A DNA stretch of 64,000 nucleotides from Candidatus Methanosuratincola verstraetei (GTDB lineage Archaea; Thermoproteota; Methanomethylicia; Methanomethylicales; Methanomethylicaceae). Location: NCBI GenBank assembly GCA_049570475.1, contig CP186953.1, positions 1,376,001-1,440,000 of the forward strand, written 5' to 3'. The notes below the pieces were generated by a model that saw only the letters and a program-made list of their open reading frames with translations, had not been told where the DNA came from and did no database searches. This document shows, piece after piece, positions 28,133 to 38,435 of the stretch; position 1 is the first letter of the stretch, and each line of letters starts with the position of its first letter. The translations under genes and the position numbers were made by a program.

Positions 28133-29410
28133 TCAGCCAACTTGCTTGACGTCCTTGAAGACAAGATAGAAGAGGGATATGCCGACGACATAGAACCCGC
28201 CTGCCACGAGGAAGGGCAGCTCAAAGTTGCCTGAAGCCAGGATCGCTCCCCCTATTATTGTCGTGATGCTGTTTGGTATCCTCCATATGACCGAGTTCAG
28301 CGAACTGGCGAAGCCGCGCTGCTCAGGGTGGACTATCCCCATGAGGAACGCGTCCATCAGGGGGGATGCCATGTTCATCAGCCCCGTCCTTATCACGTAC
28401 AGGAATGCTGCTGTAAAGAAGTCCCCAATGAATGCCAGCGCGACCATGAACGCAAGAGAGAGCCCCTGCGTGAAGACTATCGCCTTTACGGATCCGAGCT
28501 TGGAGGCGAGCTTAGGGCTGAAGGCTGCGCCCAGGCCAATCGTCGCGTTTGCGATTGCGAGGATCGGACCGCTGAAGGAGTCGGGGACTGCAAACTTCAG
28601 GTAGAGCCAAGTCGGTATCAGCGGGATGATGAAGCCAGCCCCCAGCCCTATTATGCTGTTTATGCCCGAAAACTTGAACAGTATCCCCAGCCCTTTGCCC
28701 CTCCACGCCCCCGGAGAGCCCCTTACGCTCTCCTTCACCCCCCTCAGTATCGACCAAAGTGCTGGCGGCGTGGCCAGGCTGATAAGCGCGAATATGTAAA
28801 GGAGCCCAGCGTGCAGCGCTGCCTTTTCAATCCCTAGCAGTATGCCCAGCTCCGGAAGGAAGAACGGGAAGGCCATCCCAAGCGCGCTTCCGGCCCCGCC
28901 TAGAATGAATGAGAGCGTGAACGCCACGTTCCTGTCTTCAGGGGCGGTCTGGTCTGCGATGAGCGCGTTCACAGTTGCGAGGTAGACCCCCTCGAATAGC
29001 CCTCCAAGCGCTGAGGCTGCGATCATTACTGCAGCATCGGTTGTGAGCGCAAAAGCCAGGAACATCGGGAATGGCCCGAGCGAACCGGTTATGAGTAGGC
29101 GCTTTCTCCCCTTGCGGTCTGAGATGATCCCGAATGGTATCGCCATCACAGCCATGGTGAGTCCTTCCATCCCCAGCATGAGCCCAACCGTGGTGGCTGG
29201 CACGCCGATCTCGGGAAGATAGGCAGAAATGTATACCATCAGGTAGCCGAAAGCAAAGTTGTTGATCGAGAGTACTATGACCATCAGTACTATGCTTCGC
29301 GGGACCCCTGCCAGCAGATTGCCCCTCGAGCTCTGCCCTCTTGCGCCCACCTCTTGCAGCCCCCATTCATGATGGTTGCTGGGAATATCGAATGGGCTAC
29401 GGATAAGCAT
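28133..29410 (-). CDS. MFS transporter
   Basis: 12 TM; 'GIISDRKGRKR' motif A; start uncertain. Confidence 0.88.
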   Translation of the reverse strand: MLIRSPFDIPSNHHEWGLQEVGARGQSSRGNLLAGVPRSIVLMVIVLSINNFAFGYLMVYISAYLPEIGVPATTVGLMLGMEGLTMAVMAIPFGIISDRKGRKRLLITGSLGPFPMFLAFALTTDAAVMIAASALGGLFEGVYLATVNALIADQTAPEDRNVAFTLSFILGGAGSALGMAFPFFLPELGILLGIEKAALHAGLLYIFALISLATPPALWSILRGVKESVRGSPGAWRGKGLGILFKFSGINSIIGLGAGFIIPLIPTWLYLKFAVPDSFSGPILAIANATIGLGAAFSPKLASKLGSVKAIVFTQGLSLAFMVALAFIGDFFTAAFLYVIRTGLMNMASPLMDAFLMGIVHPEQRGFASSLNSVIWRIPNSITTIIGGAILASGNFELPFLVAGGFYVVGISLFYLVFKDVKQVG

Positions 29411-29655
29411 ATCTGTGCCTGCTCCTCGGGGTTCGGGCTGTTGGGCTTTTGATTTGATCTGCTTCTTCCATTCGGCTCTTGGGCAAAATAGCGAGGAGGC
29501 ATTGCTTACAAGCCTAAATGCCCGCAACGTTTTCCAAATTCACTACCCTCCACTGCTGTTTCCTACCGATCATTCTGCAAGAGCCGCGGTTCTCCCACGC
29601 ACCGTGGTCTTCTGCTGTTCGGTGCCATCGTTGTCCATTTTACCCGGGTTTTGGC

Positions 29656-30930
29656 TCATCTGCCGCGTCTGGTGTACTTGATGTAGGCTGCCGCAATCAC
29701 CAATGCTGCGACAATTATCGCCAATCCGAAGACAAGGGTGACGTCGAAGTACTGCGAAGCCAATTCAGGCAGAGCCCCTCCACCTGAGCCCTTCCCTAGC
29801 GCCGCCAAAAATGCCATGAACACCTCTTCCTCTGAGGTGATGTTGCACCATGCGTACTGCCCGCTCAAGTCCACTCCTGTGGTTTGGAGCTGCTGCCACC
29901 CTAGCCCTGGCGTGTACCTGTAAATCTTGAGGGTTGCCGGATCCATGCTCGCAACTTGGTTCCCTGTGAAATTGATGAAGCACATCGTCTCTTTCTTTGC
30001 CCATTTAGGCCCATAGATCGTCATGTTTATGAATTTCCCGGCGCCAAGCAAGCCCGGAGGCAATGGCGCTGGCGGATCGTCAACGACTTCTAGTTGCCTG
30101 ATCACGACTTCCGCCCCGCTGCTGTTTATCTCGCCTCCGGCGTAAGACTCTCCCCATCCAATCTGGAAGTTGCCGATGTGGTCGAACTGTCTTCGGTTCC
30201 AGACAACGCTTCCGTTGTGCGTCCAGTTCGAAACAACGCTCATGTTCTCGAAAGTGATTCTTGTTTGACCCCTGGTCTGGAGGAAGCCGATCTTAGAATG
30301 CGCCACGCTCAATATCGAATATCCATCTTCCCATATCCGCACTGAGCGGAGGGAGCAGTTATAGATCTCCATGCGTGGACAGGGGCTTCCAGAGCTGCTA
30401 TATTTATCAACATCAGTCATCATTCCGAACAGACCTTCGAGGTACTGAACGGAATCATCAAAGACGCGAATCTGGCTAATCTGAGATCGGATAATTTTCA
30501 CTTTAGACGAATTGCGACCCTCTACGCTGAATACATTTGAATCATAAATCTCGGCTTTGGCTGAGTCCTTCAGCACCAGCGTGATCTCGGGTGCGATCTT
30601 AGAATTGTTCATTTTAATGTATCCATCCCCCGCGACGAATATGCAGGCAACCGCCTCCTCACTGGTAACAATGCTCGCGTCTTGGATTGTAACGTTTCCA
30701 TAGACGGTAAGGTTTCCGCCAGAAATTGTTATCGTGCAGCCTTCCACGAGCAAATCACTATCAGGCAATATGGCGATGTCCCCTTGCCATGCCTGATCCG
30801 AATTCACAACCATTACAGAAGCCTGGACTAAAGGACCAGATCCTGCCGGAATTGGGGTGCAGTGCACTTGGTTGAATGATGCCAAGAGGAGCAGGGTTGC
30901 AAAAAACGTTAACAGTGCTTTCCCCCTCAG
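29656..30930 (-). CDS. Secreted, C-terminally anchored surface protein (probable CTG start)
   Basis: Signal peptide RGKALLTFFATLLLLA is complete only from CTG 30930; beta-rich body; C-terminal TM plus basic tail. Confidence 0.6.
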   Translation of the reverse strand: MRGKALLTFFATLLLLASFNQVHCTPIPAGSGPLVQASVMVVNSDQAWQGDIAILPDSDLLVEGCTITISGGNLTVYGNVTIQDASIVTSEEAVACIFVAGDGYIKMNNSKIAPEITLVLKDSAKAEIYDSNVFSVEGRNSSKVKIIRSQISQIRVFDDSVQYLEGLFGMMTDVDKYSSSGSPCPRMEIYNCSLRSVRIWEDGYSILSVAHSKIGFLQTRGQTRITFENMSVVSNWTHNGSVVWNRRQFDHIGNFQIGWGESYAGGEINSSGAEVVIRQLEVVDDPPAPLPPGLLGAGKFINMTIYGPKWAKKETMCFINFTGNQVASMDPATLKIYRYTPGLGWQQLQTTGVDLSGQYAWCNITSEEEVFMAFLAALGKGSGGGALPELASQYFDVTLVFGLAIIVAALVIAAAYIKYTRRGR

Positions 30931-31114
30931 CTTCTCTCACCCCCTTCATTTTCATTCTAGTCCACCTGCCCTAGCCAAACCCCCATTCAAAAATAAATAA
31001 AAAACTTGCACTCCGATCAGAATTCCGGGAACCGAATTCAAATTTTTTACGATTTTTCCCTAATCGCCTTGAGATTTGTTCTATTATGGAGGGGCGTTTC
31101 CATGGGCGCGCCGC

Positions 31115-32269
31115 CTAATTGCCGCCCTCAAGCCCAAGCTGCCTCAGCAGCTCTGCTGCGCTGCTCTTCTCCAATAGGAAGAGCCTGCCAAGCGTCTCGG
31201 CTTTCTCCGCCACCTTATCCGGCGCCGCCCCAGAGGGGTCGAATTGCATTATCCTGTTGGGATCCACGGGGCATGAGACAAGCCCGGTCTTGTAGTGCAT
31301 GCTGAAGGGCGCCCTGACGTCGCCCATCGGCTTCATCGAGCTCCAGTCGAGTAGGACCTTCTTGGTGCGTTCCTCCTTCCCTGCCACTTTTGCAGTCGTG
31401 AGCCCTTCTGACCCGTCCGGCTTCCCGAATAGACCCCTGAGCCCCTCCGGGACCCCTTCTCTGGCGATATCCTCCTCCACCTTTTTCTGGATGAGCTGGA
31501 CGAGCCTCCTGTAGTGCGCAAAGAGGTCCCCCTTGGGCATCCCCGAGTTGTCGAGCGAAGCCCACACCTGCATCCCCCTCGACCCGCTGAACTTCACCGC
31601 TGGTCGGATCCCGCAGCCCTCGAGCAGCCTGTAGACCTTCTCAGCGACGAACTTCACCGCCAGGAAACCTTCTGCCGATGACTTGAGCCCCTCGCCCGCG
31701 TCCAGGTCGATAATCAGCCAGTCAGGCTCCTTCGCCTCGAACCCGTGCACATATGGGACGAAGTCCACGGCATGGTCATCGACATACTCCATCAGATCTC
31801 TCCTGTCCCCGATCTCTATGAATTTGGGCTTTGGCTTGTACCTGGCGTACCTGACAAAGAGCGGCTTCACCTTGTTCAACGGGTCCGCCTCGTCGCTGAA
31901 GACCTTGACAACGCTCACTGGTCTCCCCCGCAGGAAAGGCAGGATCTGGTCCGCTACCCTCGGGTAGTACTCCTTTGCGGCTAGGACCATCCGGTACGAG
32001 AGGTTCATTTTGCCCGAGACCGATGGCAGCCTGGACATGAGCGCCGATCTCCCGCCCTCTGTGATGTAGTATTGCCCTCCCCTCTCCTCGACCAGGCCCT
32101 CTGCCTCAAGCCTCTTCAGCTCCAGCTCGAGGTCCCCCTCCGAGACTTCCCCGCCCGCGCATGCCACGTCCCTGGAGACCTTCTCGTAGATGTGGCCAAG
32201 GTCTATCTTGGCATCCGGCGCCTTTATCGCGAGGAGAAGAAGTATGCGCTCCGCCAGGAAATCAGCCAT
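31115..32269 (-). CDS. LigD-type primase-polymerase (AEP) with N-terminal winged helix
   Basis: 'LPFLRGRPVS', 'PDWLIIDLD', 'KFSGSRGMQV', 'APFS', 'VSCPV'; N-terminal 'LKRLEAEGLVEERGGQYYITEGG'. Confidence 0.85.
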   Translation of the reverse strand: MADFLAERILLLLAIKAPDAKIDLGHIYEKVSRDVACAGGEVSEGDLELELKRLEAEGLVEERGGQYYITEGGRSALMSRLPSVSGKMNLSYRMVLAAKEYYPRVADQILPFLRGRPVSVVKVFSDEADPLNKVKPLFVRYARYKPKPKFIEIGDRRDLMEYVDDHAVDFVPYVHGFEAKEPDWLIIDLDAGEGLKSSAEGFLAVKFVAEKVYRLLEGCGIRPAVKFSGSRGMQVWASLDNSGMPKGDLFAHYRRLVQLIQKKVEEDIAREGVPEGLRGLFGKPDGSEGLTTAKVAGKEERTKKVLLDWSSMKPMGDVRAPFSMHYKTGLVSCPVDPNRIMQFDPSGAAPDKVAEKAETLGRLFLLEKSSAAELLRQLGLEGGN

Positions 32270-32523
32270 CGTTAGCCCCCTGCCACCAAAGATTATCTGC
32301 TTTTCGCAGTTTTTCTGCCTTTCTGAAATGCTGGCAAAGCTGCCAAGTTGTGCTCCCTGGTGTCTGTTCTGCTCATGGTTCCGAAGAACAAAGGGTTTTT
32401 CTCCCTGCCTGTTTGGAAGCGTCGATGCATTCAATGACTTGATAAATATGCTTAGTTCAGCTAGGCATTTTTTAATTTGGTTTGAGGCATTTGAACTTTG
32501 AGCCCCGATTCACTAAAGTTTTA

Positions 32524-32564
32524 TACTACGGGGGTGTAGTAGTTACTACTAGGGGGGCATAGTA
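32524..32564. promoter_or_regulatory. Two tandem 18-bp palindromic boxes upstream of the AAA ATPase
   Basis: TACTACGGGGGTGTAGTA (32524-32541) and TACTAGGGGGGCATAGTA (32547-32564). Confidence 0.6.
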
Positions 32565-33659
32565 ATGCTCTTTGATCCGGAGCCGAAGACTTCGAGATCG
32601 GACTTCTTCGACAGGGAGGTTGAGCTGGAGAAGTTGGAAAATTACCTCCGGCAGGAGAGGCTGGTGGTGATCTACGGAGTAAGAAGGGTCGGCAAGACGA
32701 GCTTGATGAGGGTCGCTCTGAACGAGGCCGGAATCCCATTCGCATATATCGATGTCAGGGGAATATACGACAGCAGCGGGAACGTCAGCGAGCAGCTCTT
32801 CCTGAAGGGCCTGATTTCCGCAATGCGGAGCAATATGCCGCTGTATGACAGGCTAAAATTCGACGTGAAATCCGCCCTCAAGCGCATAGATGGGATAAGG
32901 ATCCGCGGGCTTGACATTGAGCTAAGCCTAGGTGCCAAGGTCGACACACGCGACGTCCTCAGGGATCTTGATGCTTGGTGCTTGAGCAATGGTACGCGGT
33001 TCGTCCTGGGATTGGACGAGGCTCAGTACCTCCGATATTCAAAGTATTACCCGATGCTGATCGGATGGATATATGATAACCTTAAGGGCTTAGTCATCGT
33101 ATTGGCTGGAAGCGAAGTAGGGCTCTTGAAGGACTTCTTGGAATCAAAAAAGAGTGGGCGCCCGCTTGGGGGCAGATTGAAGTTCGAAATAATGGTTGAT
33201 CGGTTCAGCCGGGAACAGAGCCTCGAGTTCTTGAGGAGGGGGCTGGATGAGGCTGGCGTAAAGTACGGCACTCATGAGATTGAGGAAGCTGTGAATGCGC
33301 TGGACGGAATAGCGGGCTGGCTGACGATCTACGGGCGCTACAGGCGCGCTGGAAGGGATCACGGGGAGAGCCTTGAATCGACCCTGAAGGAAGCCCAGGC
33401 GATTGTAGCCGACGAGCTCAACCGGTTGATCTATCCTTCGAAGGCGCGGTACATGCTTATCCTCCGGTCTATTGCCAAAGGGATGCGCAGCTGGACTGAG
33501 ATTAAGGATTACCTTGAGTTGAAGGACGGCCCAATAACTGATAGCCAATTCAACAGGCTGCTCGATCGCCTAGTCAAATTCGGCTTCGTGGAGAAAACTG
33601 GTGCTGACCGCAAGTATTCGCTTGTGGACCCGATCCTCGACCGGATGCTCAGGCCATAA
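32565..33659 (+). CDS. Archaeal AAA+ ATPase (ATPase_2 type) with C-terminal wHTH
   Basis: 'MLFDPEPK....FFDRE.E', GVRRVGKTS, 'LDEAQYL', 'GSEVGLL', 'LVKFGFVEK...YSLVDP'. Confidence 0.9.
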   Translation: MLFDPEPKTSRSDFFDREVELEKLENYLRQERLVVIYGVRRVGKTSLMRVALNEAGIPFAYIDVRGIYDSSGNVSEQLFLKGLISAMRSNMPLYDRLKFDVKSALKRIDGIRIRGLDIELSLGAKVDTRDVLRDLDAWCLSNGTRFVLGLDEAQYLRYSKYYPMLIGWIYDNLKGLVIVLAGSEVGLLKDFLESKKSGRPLGGRLKFEIMVDRFSREQSLEFLRRGLDEAGVKYGTHEIEEAVNALDGIAGWLTIYGRYRRAGRDHGESLESTLKEAQAIVADELNRLIYPSKARYMLILRSIAKGMRSWTEIKDYLELKDGPITDSQFNRLLDRLVKFGFVEKTGADRKYSLVDPILDRMLRP

Positions 33660-33811
33660 CCGGCTGTCCCTTTTATCTTGGGCTCCTGATCGTCCTCTGT
33701 CAAAGAACGACTGTGTGCAATCCCTCGGGAGAATGCGCTTTCGAGCCCATTCTGCTTTCACTTTGTGGAGGAGTACAAATTAAGAAAGAAAAAGGTAAGG
33801 AAGGCGTCTGC

Positions 33812-35434
33812 CTACTTCTTCCCTTTCCTCGACCTGATTAGAGCATAGGATGCCCCGGCGATAATAAGGAGGATAGCAACGCCCGCGTAAAGGATCTCCG
33901 CTCCTGGTGCAGCTGCGGCTGGGGCAGCGACGGAAATCGACAGGGTATTGGAAGCCGCGGGCTTGAGCACCTCGCTCTCAGGGACCTCCGCAAGGATAGT
34001 CCAGTTGCCAGGCTTGTTGACAGTCACATTCACGGAAAACTTCGAGGCTGTCGCGTTCACCGCAATGGTGGTTGTCTTCCCGTCCGGATCCGTAACCCTG
34101 ACATTCACTGGAGTCGTCGTTATGAATGGCGTGAGGTTGCAGCTGATCATCACTGTGGCAGGCGAATTCGGGGCGGTGAGGTTCAGCGCTGTAGTGCCCG
34201 TCCTTATTGAGATCGCCGCAGCCGCCTTCTCCCCTATCCACGGGTAATACACCACGTTCTTTGATACCCTGTCGCCGGATCCTGGTCCGCTCCATGATGG
34301 ACCGCTAGGGGCGCCCCACCAGCAGTCCCTTGCAAGAACCAAGAAGGCAGGGTCAGAAGCGTAATTCCAGAGCCCCCCGACTGAATTGTTGTGCATCCTG
34401 CATGCAGAAATCAAAATACCTTTGCAGCCGTCTACCTGGACCCCGTATTGGTTGAATGAGAAGCTGCAGTTGGCGAGCGTGTTATTGTCGGACGAAACAT
34501 GGAGCAAAGCGCCTGCGCCCGAGGCAATGCCTGAAAAGTCGCAGCGATCGAACGTGTTTTTTGAGGACGATTGGACGCGCATTCCGTAGTTGCCGCAGAA
34601 GGAGGCGTTGTTGCCCGTGAAAGTATTCGAGGAGGAATTGATTACGAGCATCCCTATTCCGTTGTGGGTGCAGTCGTTCCATTCGATGGCATTCATGAAC
34701 GAGTCATACATCTCAATGCCGTTGTAGCTGTTCCGGGCGCAATCATTGCTGGAGATGATGTTGCCATTGGATCCACCCGAGACGCTAATGCCGGAGGAGG
34801 CGCAGCCCGAGCAGTTGTTGCCGCTCACCGTGCACAAGTGCGCCCCTTGCAGGAAGATGCCGTACGCGCCGCTCCCCGAGCAGTCATTCCCGATGAGCGA
34901 GATGCCGCTGGAATAAGAGATTAAAATCCCGTAGTATCTGACATCGATGCTGTTGTTTGATACTGTGATCCTACTTGAAGATTGAACGAAAACGCCCGTG
35001 GTGCAGTTCTGGATGCTGTTCCACTCTGCAGCGATCCTCTCTGCCCCGTCCATGCGGATGCCTTGTTCGAAAGCGATTAGCGTATTGCCCTCTATCTTCG
35101 CATTCGAGGAGTTCGTGATGAATATGCCGTGCCTCTCCCCTGCGCCGTATATGGTGCAGTTCCTGATCACGAAGTGGGCGTCGGCGCCCGTTATTGATAT
35201 CCCATCGGATGCGCTCGCGTCTATTACCCATCCCTCTATAACGTAAGGATCCGATTCGCTGCCGCTCCCCGAAACGACTGCGTCGGAGGCTGCGAAGCCA
35301 GTGTTCCCGACGATAATGATTGCGCCGCGGTTGGGCGGAGGATAGGGAGGGCCGGGAGACCCTTGGATCGGTGGTGACTGGATCGCCGTCAGAAGCAGGG
35401 CTACCAAGAATACGGGAAAGGCTGTTCTTCCCAT
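33812..35434 (-). CDS. NosD / parallel beta-helix surface protein with C-terminal membrane anchor
   Basis: Signal peptide; 'GSGSESDPYVIEGW'; repeated 'GI.....S.N.I..N' units; C-terminal TM plus RSRKGKK. Confidence 0.85.
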   Translation of the reverse strand: MGRTAFPVFLVALLLTAIQSPPIQGSPGPPYPPPNRGAIIIVGNTGFAASDAVVSGSGSESDPYVIEGWVIDASASDGISITGADAHFVIRNCTIYGAGERHGIFITNSSNAKIEGNTLIAFEQGIRMDGAERIAAEWNSIQNCTTGVFVQSSSRITVSNNSIDVRYYGILISYSSGISLIGNDCSGSGAYGIFLQGAHLCTVSGNNCSGCASSGISVSGGSNGNIISSNDCARNSYNGIEMYDSFMNAIEWNDCTHNGIGMLVINSSSNTFTGNNASFCGNYGMRVQSSSKNTFDRCDFSGIASGAGALLHVSSDNNTLANCSFSFNQYGVQVDGCKGILISACRMHNNSVGGLWNYASDPAFLVLARDCWWGAPSGPSWSGPGSGDRVSKNVVYYPWIGEKAAAAISIRTGTTALNLTAPNSPATVMISCNLTPFITTTPVNVRVTDPDGKTTTIAVNATASKFSVNVTVNKPGNWTILAEVPESEVLKPAASNTLSISVAAPAAAAPGAEILYAGVAILLIIAGASYALIRSRKGKK

Positions 35435-35679
35435 AAAAATTACTCCTGAAATTTATAACACCTCTTTTTTAAATAAGCATTTATCTGAACGTGTTGGATT
35501 GCCTTCGGATTCTGCGCACTCTGTTATGATCCACTGATGCCCGGATAGGGAGGTTGGATCTCTTTTCCCTGGCTCCGTTGGGATTGGCGTAAATAATTGA
35601 AAAAACTTGTGATGGATTTCAAGAATTTAAAAAAAATCCTTTAAGGTTCTATTGCCGCGCCCGCCCGATGGCTGATTCA

Positions 35680-35883
35680 TTAATGCCCTGGCGAACGATT
35701 CCTTCCCTCTAGCCTCATCCTCGCAATATTGAGGCACACTACCCCAGCAAGGACAGCCAGCCTGATGTGGATGTCAACCGGCACGAACAGCAAAAGTGCC
35801 AGCATTATGACGCCAACCAAGAAGTGCGTTGCGAGGTTCTTGACGTCCTTCAAATATGCAAACAGGTAAGAGAATGGGTTCAT
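35680..35883 (-). CDS. Small two-TM hypothetical protein
   Basis: MNPFSYLFAYLKDVKNLATHFLVG...; TATA-like run upstream. Confidence 0.55.
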   Translation of the reverse strand: MNPFSYLFAYLKDVKNLATHFLVGVIMLALLLFVPVDIHIRLAVLAGVVCLNIARMRLEGRNRSPGH

Positions 35884-36416
35884 CCGGATCGCCTCCCGAA
35901 GGGATATATCGATATGATATATATAATTTTCCGAGGCTCGTGGCATCGTCGCTCAGTCTAGGGACCGTGAAATGGGCTGTCCGCGATTCTTTGATCCGTC
36001 ACCAGTGGATCAAAATTGTAAGATGAACCAATCTTTGTGCTTGGAATATGAAAGCATTCAAGCAGATCGCGTCAATCAGAACATTCAAGATTCTTGAGCA
36101 TGCTCTTTCCGTCTATTCGTTTGTTGCGATTCTTCTTATCTCTGGGCTGCTTAATGTTGAGCTGCTCGTTTGCTAGGGATATTCACATTCAGCGGCATTC
36201 CCATATCCTCCTCAATCGCCTCGGAATACTTGTAAAAAAGGCGTCATCGCATTCGAGCACCTTCTGGATCCATAGTATAAACGGGAAGGGAGCCGTGGGC
36301 CTTCGGTAATTGGTGCAGCGGAACTATTGGGACTTTCAAGCGGTTTATCTATTTTTGCCGCCTCAAAGTCTCTTTCTGCGTTTATGATGGCATTATTGCT
36401 GTGTTTAAAAAATTAG

Positions 36417-36433
36417 TTTTAAATATATTTTTA
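36417..36433 (+). repeat. 17-bp direct repeat TTTTAAATATATTTTTA, left copy
   Basis: Identical to 43441-43457. Confidence 0.5.
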
Positions 36434-36619
36434 GTTAATATTATAATATAAAGTTAGATTAAATATACTTTAATAGCTTAAAATGCCATTTTATTATTTA
36501 ATTATAATATTTTAATCGAATTTTTCATGTAATAATACGGTGATCTTAAGTATCCTGCATTTTTATAGTAACCCTTAAAAAATCAGTGATTTCTAAAGTG
36601 ATAAGGAGAAAAACCGTTT

Positions 36620-37447
36620 ATGTCCCAAAAAATAAAGAGTCCTCTTAGATATCCTGGTGGCAAATCAAAAGCCCTCAATAAAATTTTGCCTCATTTAACA
36701 TCAATAGATTTTGATGAATATAGAGAGCCTTTTGTGGGCGGGGGGTCAGTTTTCATCGCTCTAAAACAATTACGGCCTAATGCAAAATATTGGATTAATG
36801 ATTTAAACAGTGATTTGATTTGCTTTTGGAATCAGGTAAAGAAAAATGTAGACGAGTTCGTCGCTGAGGTAACCCGCATTAAAAATACCCATCAGGATGG
36901 TAAATTACTCTTTAATGAAATGATGTCGTTGCCATATTTAAATCAGGAATTTTGCAAAGATGAGTTTTATAAAGCCGTAAGATTTTATGTATTGAATCGT
37001 ATTACTTATTCTGGGACAGTTGATTCTGGAGGATATTCATCAGAAGCATTTAAAAAAAGATTTACAATTTCTAACATTTCAAAACTTAAAAATTTATCTT
37101 TATTGCTAAAAGATGTTAAAATTACAAATGATAGTTATGAATCAGTACTTGCAAAAGAAGGAAAAAATGTGCTCCTCTTCATGGATCCGCCATATTGGAA
37201 AACTAGAAAAGAAGGGCTTTATGGAAAAAAAGGGGCACTTCATAAATCCTTTGATCATGAAAAATTTTCTGAAAGAGTTCGTGAATGCAAGCATAAATGG
37301 CTTATCACTTATGATGATTCAGAGCTAATTCATAATTTATTTGGATTTGCACGTATTGAGTCATGGGAAATGCACTATGGTATGACAAATGTTAACGGGA
37401 AGAAAACTGTAAAAGGTAAAGAGTTATTTCTTACAAATATTGTATAA
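36620..37447 (+). CDS. Dam/D12-class N6-adenine DNA methyltransferase
   Basis: 'LRYPGGKSK', motif I 'EPFVGGGSV', 'WINDLN', catalytic 'DPPY', 'KWLITYD'. Confidence 0.93.
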   Translation: MSQKIKSPLRYPGGKSKALNKILPHLTSIDFDEYREPFVGGGSVFIALKQLRPNAKYWINDLNSDLICFWNQVKKNVDEFVAEVTRIKNTHQDGKLLFNEMMSLPYLNQEFCKDEFYKAVRFYVLNRITYSGTVDSGGYSSEAFKKRFTISNISKLKNLSLLLKDVKITNDSYESVLAKEGKNVLLFMDPPYWKTRKEGLYGKKGALHKSFDHEKFSERVRECKHKWLITYDDSELIHNLFGFARIESWEMHYGMTNVNGKKTVKGKELFLTNIV

Positions 37448-37514
37448 TTTATGTATAATGATAGATTATAATAATATAGAAATTTCATTAATTGTTTAAA
37501 TCATTAAAATATAA

Positions 37515-38435
37515 TTAGCCAATATTTTCCCATTTAGATCTAGATATGATTGAATCTAATAAACTATCTCTTAATTTATTGTCGTAACATGGCAAAGAAA
37601 AAATATGTTCGCTGAGATTAAATAGATATATGCTCTCATTTTTTGAGATTCTATTACAATGTTCTATTATCTTATCGATCATTTCTTCTGATAGCTCTCC
37701 TTGGAACAGCTTCCAAAATAGATAACTCATCTTTTCAGTTGAAAACTCAGAATTTGAGTAAATGTCTAAGAAATATTCATAATCTCCAGTATATTTATAG
37801 ATCAATTTAGTTTTTTGTGCCATGCGATTATTATGTCTAAAGATGCTGCTAGCTATATGTTCGTTTCCCATTTTCTTAAAAAGGTCTTCTTTTCTAATTT
37901 TATTTATTTTTCCAAAATTTTTAAGAAAATCATAGGATGCTTCAAGTAATTCCAACCATTTGTCTCTTTTATTTTCGCTTGGTTTCAAATTTACTGAAGA
38001 TTTCTCTGAAAAAGCTCTTGCAGATATCATTGTAAAAAGTATGATTTTTTCCTTATCGTCCAGCGTTGTCTTTTCTTGACTATTTTTTTGGCCATCCGTA
38101 AAAAATTTTTTATTAATGTATGATAATAGCTTTTCTTCATCAATCAATTTTAACTGATTTTCACAATACCATACGCCTTTTGCAGTAATTGCATAATTTC
38201 CTATACTAGTAAGCGCCTGAATGTAGTTTTTATCTAGAAGCAAATTAAGAACATTTTTCGGGATTTCGTTAGAATTGATGGTGGCCTCGTTTAATAACCT
38301 GAATCTTGAAGTACTATTTATTTCAAGGAATGTAATGAAAACTGAGTTGTTTTTTATTTTTCTCTCTCTTTTAAGTTTATTTTTTAATAATATATAAAAT
38401 TGGTTTAGGTAATCGTCAGAAATCATTTTTTCCAC
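37515..38435 (-). CDS. Hypothetical protein with winged-helix-like segment; last gene of island operon
   Basis: 'VLNLLLDKNYIQ......YAITAKGV' resembles a wHTH wing; abuts the SMC-like gene stop; ATG 38426 is the likely start. Confidence 0.55.
   Translation of the reverse strand: MEKMISDDYLNQFYILLKNKLKRERKIKNNSVFITFLEINSTSRFRLLNEATINSNEIPKNVLNLLLDKNYIQALTSIGNYAITAKGVWYCENQLKLIDEEKLLSYINKKFFTDGQKNSQEKTTLDDKEKIILFTMISARAFSEKSSVNLKPSENKRDKWLELLEASYDFLKNFGKINKIRKEDLFKKMGNEHIASSIFRHNNRMAQKTKLIYKYTGDYEYFLDIYSNSEFSTEKMSYLFWKLFQGELSEEMIDKIIEHCNRISKNESIYLFNLSEHIFSLPCYDNKLRDSLLDSIISRSKWENIG

Noticed and set aside
35950-36400. Pseudogene or integrase remnant left of the island
   Set aside because: Intermediate GC and broken frames, but no recognisable protein motif in any frame I could read.
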